Positions 35,425 through 45,389 of a stretch of DNA of 64,000 bases are shown here, in pieces. The DNA comes from Polyangiales bacterium (GTDB lineage: Bacteria; Myxococcota_A; Polyangia; Polyangiales; Houyiibacteriaceae): contig JBGCFM010000062.1 of the NCBI GenBank assembly GCA_045106895.1, forward strand, positions 96,001-160,000, given 5' to 3'. Numbering within the stretch: the first letter of the stretch is position 1; every line of letters begins with the position of its first letter. The notes under the pieces were generated by a model. It was not told the origin of the DNA. It saw only the letters and a program-made list of their open reading frames with translations, and made no database searches. A program made the position numbers and the translations under genes.

Positions 35425-37626
35425 CTAAGCGCCGCCGCGAATCAAACGAAGCGTGGTCACCGGCGCGAAGGCCGCGACGTGTCCGCTCTCTTCGGCGATG
35501 TAAACCCAGCCGCGTTCGTCGACGCGTAGACGGTCCGGGACAATGTCGCCATCGATGGAGCCAAGCACCTCGCCGTCGCTAGGGCGCACGATGTGTACAT
35601 CGCCGGCGGGCACGAAGAGCGCGCCGCCTCTAAGCACAGGTTCAAGGCGCCTTGGGACTTCGTCACCGATGGGGTCGCCGAGAAGCTCCGTCCAGCGCGG
35701 GGAGCCGTTGCTCAACTCCGTCGCCGCGAGACCGCCACCCGGCGTGTTTGTGACGAGCAGTTCGTCGACGACGAGTGCGGACGCGCCGATGCTGATCCCC
35801 GGGTCGCTGACGTCCCAGCGGACATGACCACTCTTGGCGTCGATGGCGACGAGTCGTTCGTCGCCGAGGGTCAAAAGCGCCAGGCCTGGCGCTCCGACGG
35901 GCGCCGCCGCCGGGGCTTCGCCAAGAGCAAGGCGGAAAGTCTCCTGGCCGCTGTAGAGGTCGATTCCAAAGACCTGCCCCTTGCGGCCTTCGGCCACGGC
36001 GATGACGCGGTCGCCGGTGACCACGGGTGCGTGTGAGAAACGGCCGCGGATGGCAAAGCGCCAGAGGTCTTCGCCGGTGCCAGCGTCGATGGCGTGAATC
36101 GCCCCTTCGTCGGCGACGAGCAAGATACGTCCGGCGCGGCGCGCATGAAACGCGCCGGCTCGACGCGACTGGAAACGCCAGCGGGGCTGACCGGTGTGAA
36201 GGTCGAGGGCAACGAGGCCGGAGGTTCCTTCCGCGACGACGGCGACGGGGGCGATCCCCGGCGCGCTCATGTAGAAGCCTTGCTGAGGTCCGCTTCGCGG
36301 AGCGATGCGTGTAGATGCGTAGGCCTCGCCGTCCTGGACGGAGCACATCTCGACCTCGCCTTCGCGACCCATTCGAAGGAGCGCAGGCCCCGCCATGATG
36401 GTGGCTTCTGCGCCTTCGCGCGCCCAGAGCACGTCGCCCGTGCCGCGTTCCACGGCGAGGGTGTGTTGCGGGCCGCTGAGAACCAAACGGTCGCCACAGA
36501 AGTAGGTGCCGGCTGCGAAGAGGCCGTCGAGGTCGAGTCGCCAGCGCGACTCGAAGCGCATCGAACCACTCGGCGCATTGGCAGGACGTGGCGTCGCGCG
36601 GGGCGTCGTCGCAGGAGCTTCGCTTTGGGGCGACGCGAGGCGCATGCGTTCCGCATCTTCGTTGATGAATCCGTCGGGACGGCCCTGCTGACGAACTGCT
36701 TTTCGAAGTGCGCGTACTTCGTCGCGAAGGGCGACGACGCGGAGGTTGCGTGTCTGAGAGCGGTCGGCACGAACCAAAGAACGGATAAGGTCCGCGGCCA
36801 ACGCCAAGATGGGCAAGGCGACCTCGTCGGGACGCACGTCGCTAAGCTTCAGCTCGCCGGCGCTTGTTCGCAGTGTCAGCGATGCCAGGTCGTGCTTCGT
36901 GAGCCGAACGCCGACGCCAAACGCTCCCGCACGTAGACGCACGTTCGTCGGGCGCCCGGATTCCCACGCGTCGAAGAGCGCGCGCACGGCGACAACCATT
37001 CGCTGAACCGCGAGGAGAATCGGGCCCTTGGCGATGGCGCAACGTCGGCCGTGGAGATGTGCCCAGAGCGTGCCTTTGACGAGGAGCGCGTGAACGTCTG
37101 CGCGCTGTGCGCGACTGGTAGGCCCGTCACGTTCTTCGAGTTCCACCTCGTAGCCAAACGAGAGCACGCCCTTCCCCGGCTCCTTGGCGCCTCCCTTGAC
37201 GAGACGCGAGCGTCGAGGTGCGACGTCGGCGCGAATGTCCGTGCGAAGCACGCGCTCTGCGAAGTGGAGCGCGATCTGTCGCGCCGCCTTGTCGGGCTCC
37301 GTCTGAGCCTGAGCCCGCGCTTCGTCGGCGCAGGCGCGGATGAGACGTGAGAGGTCGACGGGGCGCTCGAGCTGATGAACTTCCGGCGCGCTCGACGTCT
37401 CGTAGACGCTGACGAACACACGACGGCCGCGTCGAACGAGGGCGTACTCAAGAGGCGCGACGCCCACGGGAAGCAAGCACTTCGTGCGCTTTCCCTGAGC
37501 CAAGCGAATCAACGCCGTGGTGAGCTCCGAGAGAGGAGGCAAGTCAAGATCGCCATGCGCCTTCGCGAGCAGGTGCTCAGAAAGGGCCGAACGGGTGGGG
37601 AGGATTCGCTCTTGTATCAAGTCCAT
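35425..37626 (-). CDS. PQQ-like beta-propeller protein with large unknown N-terminal domain
   Basis: Repeats ALDLHTGQPRW, AIDAGTGEDLW, GIDLYSGQETF, AIDAKSGHVRW; no signal peptide. Confidence 0.8.
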   Translation of the reverse strand: MDLIQERILPTRSALSEHLLAKAHGDLDLPPLSELTTALIRLAQGKRTKCLLPVGVAPLEYALVRRGRRVFVSVYETSSAPEVHQLERPVDLSRLIRACADEARAQAQTEPDKAARQIALHFAERVLRTDIRADVAPRRSRLVKGGAKEPGKGVLSFGYEVELEERDGPTSRAQRADVHALLVKGTLWAHLHGRRCAIAKGPILLAVQRMVVAVRALFDAWESGRPTNVRLRAGAFGVGVRLTKHDLASLTLRTSAGELKLSDVRPDEVALPILALAADLIRSLVRADRSQTRNLRVVALRDEVRALRKAVRQQGRPDGFINEDAERMRLASPQSEAPATTPRATPRPANAPSGSMRFESRWRLDLDGLFAAGTYFCGDRLVLSGPQHTLAVERGTGDVLWAREGAEATIMAGPALLRMGREGEVEMCSVQDGEAYASTRIAPRSGPQQGFYMSAPGIAPVAVVAEGTSGLVALDLHTGQPRWRFQSRRAGAFHARRAGRILLVADEGAIHAIDAGTGEDLWRFAIRGRFSHAPVVTGDRVIAVAEGRKGQVFGIDLYSGQETFRLALGEAPAAAPVGAPGLALLTLGDERLVAIDAKSGHVRWDVSDPGISIGASALVVDELLVTNTPGGGLAATELSNGSPRWTELLGDPIGDEVPRRLEPVLRGGALFVPAGDVHIVRPSDGEVLGSIDGDIVPDRLRVDERGWVYIAEESGHVAAFAPVTTLRLIRGGA

Positions 37627-37757
37627 ACGAAAGACGACTCGGTGTTGACCGCAAGTCGTGAGCGAATGCTACGGAGCGATCATGCAATGGATCCAAAAAC
37701 TGCACGGATCCACTATTGTTGACATTGACGGACACCGTCGAAAGCCAATCGCGAGCG

Positions 37758-38201
37758 ATGCAAAACACAGAAATACAAGAACCAAAACGCTACGCCCTCA
37801 TCGCCGGCGTCGCGATCTTTCGCGAAGGGCGCGTCCTTGCACTTCGCCGCGCGGAATGGAAACGAGGCGCCGGTTTGTGGGAGGTGGTGGCGGGTCGCGT
37901 GGAAGCCGGCGAAGCAGTGGAGAGCGCCGCGGCGCGGGAAGCCGTCGAAGAGACGGGGCTCGATATTGAGCTTCACGCGCGCCCCCTGGGAGCCTACCCA
38001 ATCGCCGGGTTGGACTATTTTGTCGTGCTCTTTCGCGCTGACGCCGGCGCTGGCGACGTCGTTCTGTCGAACGAACACGACGCGCACAAGTGGGTGACGC
38101 CGGTGGAGTTTCGTGCGCTCTCCACACTCTCACCGCTCGCCGACGCCATCGACAGAGCCGCCCTCGAATCGACCCAACAAACGCCGGGAACGAATCCATG
38201 A
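37758..38201 (+). CDS. NUDIX hydrolase
   Basis: Nudix box GRVEAGEAVESAAAREAVEETGL; SNEHDAHKW. Confidence 0.9.
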   Translation: MQNTEIQEPKRYALIAGVAIFREGRVLALRRAEWKRGAGLWEVVAGRVEAGEAVESAAAREAVEETGLDIELHARPLGAYPIAGLDYFVVLFRADAGAGDVVLSNEHDAHKWVTPVEFRALSTLSPLADAIDRAALESTQQTPGTNP

Positions 38202-38380
38202 AATATTTTTTCTTTTTATTTTTCGTCGGGTGCGGGTCACCAGGCGTAAGCATGCCGGAAACTTGCGAACATTTCGGGGATCAGTGCCGGCTCCGCGATG
38301 GCTTGCTCGGCGTGTGTAGCGAAGACGGCGAAGCCACGTGCGAGTCGCCGCCGTGTCTCAAATGCCAGGGTCAGCACTGA
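38198..38380 (+). CDS. Small Cys-rich lipoprotein (60 aa)
   Basis: MKYFFFLFFVGC lipobox plus six further Cys; ATGA overlap with the NUDIX stop. Confidence 0.6.
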   Translation: MKYFFFLFFVGCGSPGVSMPETCEHFGDQCRLRDGLLGVCSEDGEATCESPPCLKCQGQH

Positions 38381-38388
38381 GCGAATCG

Positions 38389-39282
38389 CTATTCGCGCTT
38401 TCGCTCTGCGGGACCCAATGAGTAGGAGTGGTCGGCGCAGATTTCTATCTCATGCAGGGCACGCCGGCCGCACTTCGCCCATCGGCAGAGTCGGTCGCTC
38501 TTGCCGCGACGTTGTTCAAGCAAAGCGCGTTGCACCGTAGCAACGTCAGTGGCTGCCCAATGCTCTGCGCTCTCAATGCGAAACGCGACAGACAAGAGTC
38601 GGTCTCGCCCCGCGGCAATGACCCAGAACGCGCGACAGCTTCGACATCGGTAGAGCCCGCATACGCTGGCGATACCCAACGCGAGTAGGTCGTAGGGAGC
38701 CACGAAGTCGTCCATGCTGGGCGTGACCCAGCAAGCCTCACCACGCGCTTCGCAGTGGCAGCGCGAAGCTTCGGCAAGGCGATTTCGAAGCGCGGCGATC
38801 ACAAGAGGGTCACGCGTGGCGATGAGGTCGTCGCGAAGAAAGGTCAGCGGCCGGTACTTCTTGAGGCCTTCGCGAACGGCGTTTTGAAGTTTGCGGCGGT
38901 GACCACGAAGCCACACTTCATCTTGTGAGGGAGCCTGGACGTCGCGGAGTTCCGGCTTCGCCAGCGTGATTCTGTAGTAGCCGCCGAGGTGCTTCCAGTC
39001 GGCAAAAGAAGGCACCGTTTCATCCTTGCCAAAGATCCACAGCTCGTCCCCTTCGCCGGAGGCAGGGACATCGTCCGACGAACGAATCACCGTCGTCACG
39101 GCCACGGCTCCGCGCTGCTCCCACCCGACGCTCAGCTCCTCGCGGGAAGCCTGAAACGGACCGGAATCGAACGCGGCGATGACGACGCGGTGACCGACGA
39201 CGACCTCGGGGTACTCTTCAAGAACATGGCTCGCGGCGTCCAGATGGTCCGCCCAGAAGTACTCCCCTTCCTCGCCGTACAT
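38389..39282 (-). CDS. Hypothetical protein with C-terminal Cys/His motifs
   Basis: 297 aa; CHC, YRCRSC, CRWAKC..ICADH; starts 7 nt after the ABC ATPase stop. Confidence 0.55.
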   Translation of the reverse strand: MYGEEGEYFWADHLDAASHVLEEYPEVVVGHRVVIAAFDSGPFQASREELSVGWEQRGAVAVTTVIRSSDDVPASGEGDELWIFGKDETVPSFADWKHLGGYYRITLAKPELRDVQAPSQDEVWLRGHRRKLQNAVREGLKKYRPLTFLRDDLIATRDPLVIAALRNRLAEASRCHCEARGEACWVTPSMDDFVAPYDLLALGIASVCGLYRCRSCRAFWVIAAGRDRLLSVAFRIESAEHWAATDVATVQRALLEQRRGKSDRLCRWAKCGRRALHEIEICADHSYSLGPAERKRE

Positions 39283-39289
39283 GCCCGGC

Positions 39290-41188
39290 TCAGTTCTTGG
39301 CGGCTTCGCGGGCCTGACGCCGTGCGTCGATGTTCGCGAGCGAGTCGTTCGGGATCGCGTCGATGAGCGCCCGCGTGTAGTCCTCTTTGGGGTCCAGGTA
39401 GATGGCGTCCGAAGGGCCCGCCTCGACGACTTTGCCTTCGTTCATGACGAGCATCATGTCCGCCATGAACTTCACGACGCTCAGGTCGTGACTGATGAAC
39501 AAGTACGTGAGACCGCGCGCCTCTTGAAGGTCCTTGAGCAGGTTCAGAACCTGGGCCTGGACGCTCACATCCAGGGCTGAGACGGACTCGTCACAGACGA
39601 TGAGCTGTGGCTCCACGGCCAGAGCCCGTGCGATGCCGATGCGCTGGCGCTGACCGCCCGAGAACTCGTGGGGGTAACGCGTGAGGTGCTCTTCTTTGAG
39701 GCCCACTTCGTCCAAAAGCTTCGCCGCGCGCTGCCGGCGCTCGTCTTTGTCCGCGCCGATACCGTGAATGCTCATCGCTTCGGTGAGTGCTGCTTCGACG
39801 GTCATACGTGGGTTGAGCGACCCGTAGGGGTCCTGGAAGACGATCTGCACGTGACGCCGCCAGTCGCGGAGTTCTCTGCGGCGCAAACCCAGTACGTCTT
39901 GTCCGCGAAACACGATGTCTCCCGCGGTGGCGTCCTGCAGGCGCAAGAGCGCGCGTCCGAGGGTCGTCTTGCCGCAGCCGGACTCACCGACGAGACCCAG
40001 CGTTTGACCGGGGTAGATTCGAAGGCTCACGCCATCGACGGCACGGACCCAGTCTTTGACGCGCGCGAAGAGGCCGCCGCGGATGGGGAAGTGCACCTTG
40101 AGGTCACGCACTTCGAGCATCGGCTCCGCGCCTTCCGGGACAAGGGCCGCGTCTTTCATCCACGCGTTCTTCTCATCGGTGGCCGATGCATCCGGCGGCT
40201 CATGGCCCATCTCCGCAAGCTCGCTGGCGGGATGAAGCAGCCGGCCGCGGCCTTGGCCAAAGCGCTCATCCGCCGTCGCATGGTCGAAGACCTTCTCGAT
40301 GAGCTTCGCGTCGTCGCCCTCGCCTTCCACCTCCATGAAATCCGACACCGTCGGAAGACGACGCCACGAGGTCTCTAGCCGCGGCCGACATGCGAGGAGA
40401 CCCTTCGTGTAGGGGTGCTTTGGATTCTCGAAGATCGAGCGCACATCGCTGTGCTCGACGAGGTCGCCGCGATACATCACCGCCACCTCATCAGCGATCT
40501 CCGCGATGACACCGAGGTCGTGCGTAATAAAGAGAATCGCCATGTCGCGTTCGTCGCGCAGGCGCCTGAAGAGCGCGAGGATCTGCGCTTGAATGGTGAC
40601 GTCGAGAGCCGTCGTGGGCTCATCCGCGATGAGCAGCTCAGGGTTACAGCTCAGCGCCATCGCGATCATCACGCGCTGTTTCTGACCGCCGGACATCTCG
40701 TGCGGGTAACTCTCCAGGCGGCGCTCGGGATCTGGGATGCCCACTTCCTGGAAGAGCGTCAGAGCGCGAGCACGCGCTTCGGCCTTGGTGACGTCTTCGT
40801 GCTGAAGAATCGCTTCGGTGATCTGAGCGCCGACGCGATAAACAGGGTTGAGCGACGTGCCGGGCTCCTGAAAGATCATCGCGATCTCATTGCCGCGAAC
40901 AGACTGCATCTGCTTTTCGCTCATCCCGCCGAGCTCGCGCTCGCCGAAGAGCATCGCGTCCGCGGACACACGCGCGATGCGAGGCGGCAGGAGCCCCATC
41001 ACCGATAGCGAAGTGACCGATTTACCGGACCCCGACTCGCCCACGAGTCCGAGGGTTTGGCCGCGCTTGAGCGTGAGGTCGACGCCCTTGACGGCGTGGG
41101 TGATGCCTTCGTCTGTGTGAAACGCGGTCTTCAAACCGCGCAGCTTCAGCAGCTCGCTGCCTTCGGCTTCCTCACTCACGAGGCTCAC
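39290..41188 (-). CDS. Peptide/nickel-type ABC transporter ATP-binding protein with two fused NBDs
   Basis: GESGSGKS and GESGCGKT Walker [10 protein letters not shown] and [17 protein letters not shown] and DESVSALD. Confidence 0.93.
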   Translation of the reverse strand: MSLVSEEAEGSELLKLRGLKTAFHTDEGITHAVKGVDLTLKRGQTLGLVGESGSGKSVTSLSVMGLLPPRIARVSADAMLFGERELGGMSEKQMQSVRGNEIAMIFQEPGTSLNPVYRVGAQITEAILQHEDVTKAEARARALTLFQEVGIPDPERRLESYPHEMSGGQKQRVMIAMALSCNPELLIADEPTTALDVTIQAQILALFRRLRDERDMAILFITHDLGVIAEIADEVAVMYRGDLVEHSDVRSIFENPKHPYTKGLLACRPRLETSWRRLPTVSDFMEVEGEGDDAKLIEKVFDHATADERFGQGRGRLLHPASELAEMGHEPPDASATDEKNAWMKDAALVPEGAEPMLEVRDLKVHFPIRGGLFARVKDWVRAVDGVSLRIYPGQTLGLVGESGCGKTTLGRALLRLQDATAGDIVFRGQDVLGLRRRELRDWRRHVQIVFQDPYGSLNPRMTVEAALTEAMSIHGIGADKDERRQRAAKLLDEVGLKEEHLTRYPHEFSGGQRQRIGIARALAVEPQLIVCDESVSALDVSVQAQVLNLLKDLQEARGLTYLFISHDLSVVKFMADMMLVMNEGKVVEAGPSDAIYLDPKEDYTRALIDAIPNDSLANIDARRQAREAAKN

Positions 41189-41460
41189 GACGCCTTGACG
41201 GGGAGCTCGGCGGTCTTGTCGAAGTGCACCTCAAGGCCTGGTTCGACTTCATGCAGCGCCCGCACGATGATGTTGGTGCGCACATAGTGCGAGCCCACCC
41301 CATAAGCGGCGGCGCCGGAGACGCGAACCACGAGCTTCTCTTCTTCAAAACCGACGACTTCGCCATCGGATCCGTCCGCTTTCAGGAGCGGGAGAACAAG
41401 CTCATCAAAGATGTCTCGGAGGGCGTCTGCCCGCTTTTCGTTGTCCGCCGATTCGTCCAC
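41185..41460 (-). CDS. NifU/Nfu-like domain protein lacking the CxxC motif
   Basis: VLPLLKADGSDGEVV..VVRVSGAAAYGVGS aligns by eye to IRPxLxxDGGDxExV..VxLxGACxGCxSS; GTGA overlap with the ABC gene. Confidence 0.6.
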   Translation of the reverse strand: MDESADNEKRADALRDIFDELVLPLLKADGSDGEVVGFEEEKLVVRVSGAAAYGVGSHYVRTNIIVRALHEVEPGLEVHFDKTAELPVKAS

Positions 41461-41635
41461 GGCGCGAAGGTAGCAGCCTCAGCCGCGCCAGCAGTGGCAA
41501 AACCCGCTCGTTTCATGCGCAGAACACCAAAAGGGTCGCGTTCTGGGCATTTTAATATCGTTTGAGTTCAATCAGCGTAGTCCCCAGCCCCGATTCGGTC
41601 TGGACCTCGCCCTGGTCTTGCGTAGTCTGTGCGCC

Positions 41636-43474
41636 ATGAGCCGCGTCAATTTTTCCCTTCTTTGTCTTTTGGTCGCCGCCGGATGCGGTGATGACGACCG
41701 CCCTCGACGTGATGGGGGCCCAGGCGGCGCCGACACGAGCGGCGGCCCCTGCACCGATGGCGAGATTCGCTGTGACGGCTTTGACGTCCTCGTCTGTAGT
41801 GGCGGCGTTTTCTCCACGAGCGAGACTTGTGTGTCGCCATCCATGTGCGTCGCCGGCGTCGGCTGTGGTGAATGTACGCCGCGCGCGCTTTTCTGCGACG
41901 GCCAAGAGATCCGTGAATGCGCCTCGGACGGAACGACGTCGACCGTCGTCGAGACCTGCCCCATCAACGAAGGCTGCCAGAGTGGAATCTGTGTCGACGC
42001 GTGCGCCGCTGCGGCTTCAAACCGAAGCAATATTGGCTGCGACTACTTCGCCGTCGACCTCGACAATGAGTACGCGCTCCCAGCCATCATCGGCGGCGGC
42101 ACGCCACCGGCGCAAGAGCAGTTCGCCGTCATCCTCGCCAACCCCAGCAACGTCACGGTGCAGGCCAACGTGTACCAGAGCGTCGGGCGCCCGAACGTGG
42201 CGGCGCAAACACAGGTAGGCCCCGCACACATCATTCCGCCGAACGGACTTGTGCGCATCAACCTCGACCCGAGAGAGCTCGACGGAAGCACGCCCGAGGT
42301 GGAGGGCCCGGGAACGTTCCTGTCGAACAACGCGTACCGGATTCAGACCAACTTCCCCGTCGTCGCCTATCAGTTCAACCCCATCATCGAGAGCGCTTCG
42401 AACGACGCGTCGCTTCTCCTTCCGGTGCCTGCCCTCGACTCCCACTACCGCGTTCTTGGCTGGCCCACGGCGAACCCCATCGAGCCCATCGGTGACATGC
42501 CAGGCATCCCCGACCACAGCTACGTGACCATCGTCGGAACCCAAGAAGGAACCCAGGTCAGCGTGACCCTTGGCGGCGACACGGTGGCAGGCGGCATCCA
42601 AGGCGGCGGCAGCATTCAGGCCTACAGCGCCGGTGAAACCATCACGATGACCCTCGGGCCCTACGACGTCCTGAACCTGGAGAGCGACGGCATCCCGGGC
42701 GACATGTCCGGCACCCTCGTTCAGTCGACGGCTCCGGTCGCGGTGTTCTCTGGCGGCGAGCGCGGCATCGTCGGCGGCGGCTCCATTCCTGCGCACCCCA
42801 GCGGCGCTCCGGACGACTTCTGCTGCACGGAGCACCTCGAGGAGCAGGTCTTCCCAACGACATCGTGGGGTAAGAACTTCGTCATCACCCGCTCGCCGGT
42901 ACGCACGGACCACCCGACGTGGCGCGAGCCCGACGTCTACCGAATCATCGCGGACCGTGACGGAACTGTGGTCACGACATCCCTCGCCGCACCGAACAAC
43001 CAGTTCACGCTGGCATCGGGTCAGTGGGTTGAGTTCTACGCCGACCAGAGCTTCACGATGGAGTCGAACGAAGGTATCAGCATTCAGCAGCTCCTCGTGA
43101 GCCAGGGCTGGCTTGTGAGCTGGAAACCGGATCACGGCGGAGACCCGTCGATGATCCTCTTCCCGCCCTTCGAGCAGTACCGCGACAACTACATCGTCCT
43201 CACGCCGGAGACCTTCGCGACGAACTACGTCGTCGTCAGCGCGCCCGAAGGAGCCAACTTCACCATCGACGGCGCGGCACCTAGCTGCGATGTGGAGCCC
43301 GCGGGTTCCGTCGGCGGCATGACCTTCAACACCTACACCTGCTTGGTGAACGGTGGCGTCCACAACATCGACTCCGACGTCCCCGTCGGCATCATGGTCT
43401 ACGGCTACCACAACGTTGGCAGCTACGGTTACGCCGGCGGCTCGAACCTCACGCGCATCAACCCGCTCATCTGA
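41636..43474 (+). CDS. Lipoprotein with Cys-rich repeats and IgGFc-binding-protein N-terminal domain
   Basis: Lipobox VAAGC; SNIGCDYFAVDLDN, PVVAYQFNP, SNDASLLLP, EHLEEQ, GDPSM, SYGYAGG. Confidence 0.85.
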   Translation: MSRVNFSLLCLLVAAGCGDDDRPRRDGGPGGADTSGGPCTDGEIRCDGFDVLVCSGGVFSTSETCVSPSMCVAGVGCGECTPRALFCDGQEIRECASDGTTSTVVETCPINEGCQSGICVDACAAAASNRSNIGCDYFAVDLDNEYALPAIIGGGTPPAQEQFAVILANPSNVTVQANVYQSVGRPNVAAQTQVGPAHIIPPNGLVRINLDPRELDGSTPEVEGPGTFLSNNAYRIQTNFPVVAYQFNPIIESASNDASLLLPVPALDSHYRVLGWPTANPIEPIGDMPGIPDHSYVTIVGTQEGTQVSVTLGGDTVAGGIQGGGSIQAYSAGETITMTLGPYDVLNLESDGIPGDMSGTLVQSTAPVAVFSGGERGIVGGGSIPAHPSGAPDDFCCTEHLEEQVFPTTSWGKNFVITRSPVRTDHPTWREPDVYRIIADRDGTVVTTSLAAPNNQFTLASGQWVEFYADQSFTMESNEGISIQQLLVSQGWLVSWKPDHGGDPSMILFPPFEQYRDNYIVLTPETFATNYVVVSAPEGANFTIDGAAPSCDVEPAGSVGGMTFNTYTCLVNGGVHNIDSDVPVGIMVYGYHNVGSYGYAGGSNLTRINPLI

Positions 43475-43512
43475 ACCGGAGCGGCGCGAGAACGACCGCG
43501 AAGCGAAAATAG

Positions 43513-43556
43513 AAAAAGGCCACCGCGTTTGCAGTGGCCTTTCTTCTTTTCTTTTT
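43513..43556. terminator. Bidirectional intrinsic terminator
   Basis: Stem AAAGGCCAC (43515-43523) / GTGGCCTTT (43534-43542) with A-rich and T-rich flanks between convergent genes. Confidence 0.8.
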
Positions 43557-43572
43557 CTCTTCGACGCGTCGT

Positions 43573-44262
43573 TTAGTGAGAAGCGACGGCGCTGTCGGCG
43601 GCGGTCTCGAGCTCTACGAAGCGAAGCTCCTCAAGAAGCGAGTTCAAGTGGTCTTCGCCGAGGAACGACCAAACCTGGTAGACGCAGCCTTGTCCGCCAA
43701 CCGTGAGTGTCGCGGACGCCACACCGTCTTCGGCGACGACGTCTTGCGTGCTTCCGTCGTTGAACATTGCGACGGGCGCGTCGGCGTCGATATCGACAGC
43801 CTCGTCGGTGCCCATCGAGGTGCCGGCGACGCCAAAGGCCGCGCGGCCACATCGGGCGCAGCTGTTTCCGTTGGCGCGAACGCCTGGTGCGCCGCGCTGG
43901 TCGAACTCGAGCGCCCAGCCGCCGGCGAGGGTCGCCGCGCGAGCAGGCTCACCAGCGCTGGCTGGAACCATCGGTGCACACCAGGTGCGGTTCTCTGCGC
44001 TCTCAAGAGCCGTCGCGACAGTCTCGGGAAGGTCGGATGCCGGCACGAGGGCGCCGGACCAAGGTGCTTCTGGGAGCACAGCCAAGGTGTCGGTCTCGCC
44101 GTAGGGTCGCAATTCAGCGACCTCCACCGGAGCCGGCGGCACCTCCGCGGCGGCTACACCGCCGCTCGACACATAAGGGTTCGGCGCCACCTCAGTGGCT
44201 GTCTGTGTGCCGCAGGCAACGCTGGTCACAAGTGCGACCGACCAAAAAACATTCTTCAACAT
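43573..44262 (-). CDS. Hypothetical lipoprotein
   Basis: Lipobox TSVAC; 229 aa. Confidence 0.65.
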   Translation of the reverse strand: MLKNVFWSVALVTSVACGTQTATEVAPNPYVSSGGVAAAEVPPAPVEVAELRPYGETDTLAVLPEAPWSGALVPASDLPETVATALESAENRTWCAPMVPASAGEPARAATLAGGWALEFDQRGAPGVRANGNSCARCGRAAFGVAGTSMGTDEAVDIDADAPVAMFNDGSTQDVVAEDGVASATLTVGGQGCVYQVWSFLGEDHLNSLLEELRFVELETAADSAVASH

Positions 44263-44406
44263 CAGATCCTCCCGGATGCACGGTTTCGCCCACCGCGCTT
44301 GAAGGCAGCGATACCGGAGCGTGGATCTGCGGGCAAAAAATCAGCAAGGCCGGAACCAAACGGCAATCCCCTTGCTCTGGGCGTCTCGAACGCTAAACGC
44401 AGAGTT

Positions 44407-45384
44407 ATGGCAACGATTTCAAAGGTCCTTATCAGCGGTGCCAGTGGCTTCATCGGGCGTCGTCTGCGACGCCAGCTCTTGGATTCGGGCAGCGATGTGG
44501 TGGCCATTCGCCGCAACGGTTCACCCGCAGCCACCGAAGGTCGCTCCGTCGTGGCGAGCTACGCTGATGCAGACTCCCTGCGCCGCGTCGTCGCCGAAGA
44601 GCAGCCCGACGTCATCCTCCACGTCGCCGGCGTGACCAAGGGGCGAAGCTACGCGGACTTTGAGCGCGGCAACGTGATGCCCACGAAGAACCTCCTGGCT
44701 GCCGCGCAGGAGTCCTCGTCGCTCACGCGCTTTGTGCTCATCTCTTCCCTCGCGGCATACGGTCCATCGAGCCGCCACCAGCCTCTCGTCGAGAGTGACG
44801 AGCGACGTCCCGTCGAGTTCTACGGTCAAAGCAAGCGCGCCGCCGAAGAGCTCGTGGAAGCGTCCGAGGTGCCGTGGACCATCATGCGCCCCAGCGGCGT
44901 CTACGGACCGGGTGACGTTGACTACTTGGAACTCTTTCGCCTGGCGGAAAAGCGACTCAACCTCTTCTTCGGAAATCGCGACCGTGCCTTCAGCGCCATC
45001 TACGTCGATGACTGCATTCGCGCCATCATCGACGGCGCCACGCACGAGAACACGGTTTCGCAGGGCTACTTCCTGACGGACGATGTGCCGACAACGTGGG
45101 GTGAGTTCCAAGAGAAAGTGGTCGGCGCGAGCAACAAGCGAGCCCTAAACCTCAACCTCCCAGAGGCCATCGTCACCCTCGCCGCCCACGCGGGCGAGCT
45201 CGCCTCACGCGTCGACGGAAAGGCACGGTTGATGAACCGACAGAAAGCCAAGATGAGCCAACAAGACGCGTGGCTTTGCAGCGGCGCGAAGGCACGGGAG
45301 GACTTCGGTTTTCAAGCGTCCGTCGACCAACACGAAGGCGTCCAGCGAACACGCGCTTGGTATCGCAAGCACGGGAAGATCTAG
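44407..45384 (+). CDS. NAD-dependent epimerase/dehydratase (extended SDR)
   Basis: ISGASGFIG, SSLAAYG, YGQSK (YxxxK), RPSGVYGPGD. Confidence 0.9.
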   Translation: MATISKVLISGASGFIGRRLRRQLLDSGSDVVAIRRNGSPAATEGRSVVASYADADSLRRVVAEEQPDVILHVAGVTKGRSYADFERGNVMPTKNLLAAAQESSSLTRFVLISSLAAYGPSSRHQPLVESDERRPVEFYGQSKRAAEELVEASEVPWTIMRPSGVYGPGDVDYLELFRLAEKRLNLFFGNRDRAFSAIYVDDCIRAIIDGATHENTVSQGYFLTDDVPTTWGEFQEKVVGASNKRALNLNLPEAIVTLAAHAGELASRVDGKARLMNRQKAKMSQQDAWLCSGAKAREDFGFQASVDQHEGVQRTRAWYRKHGKI

Positions 45385-45389
45385 CCCTC

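Noticed and set aside
43534..44406. Apparent extension on the epimerase (616-aa ORF)
   Set aside because: Antisense to lipoprotein 43573..44262; the Rossmann motif starts right after ATG 44407.
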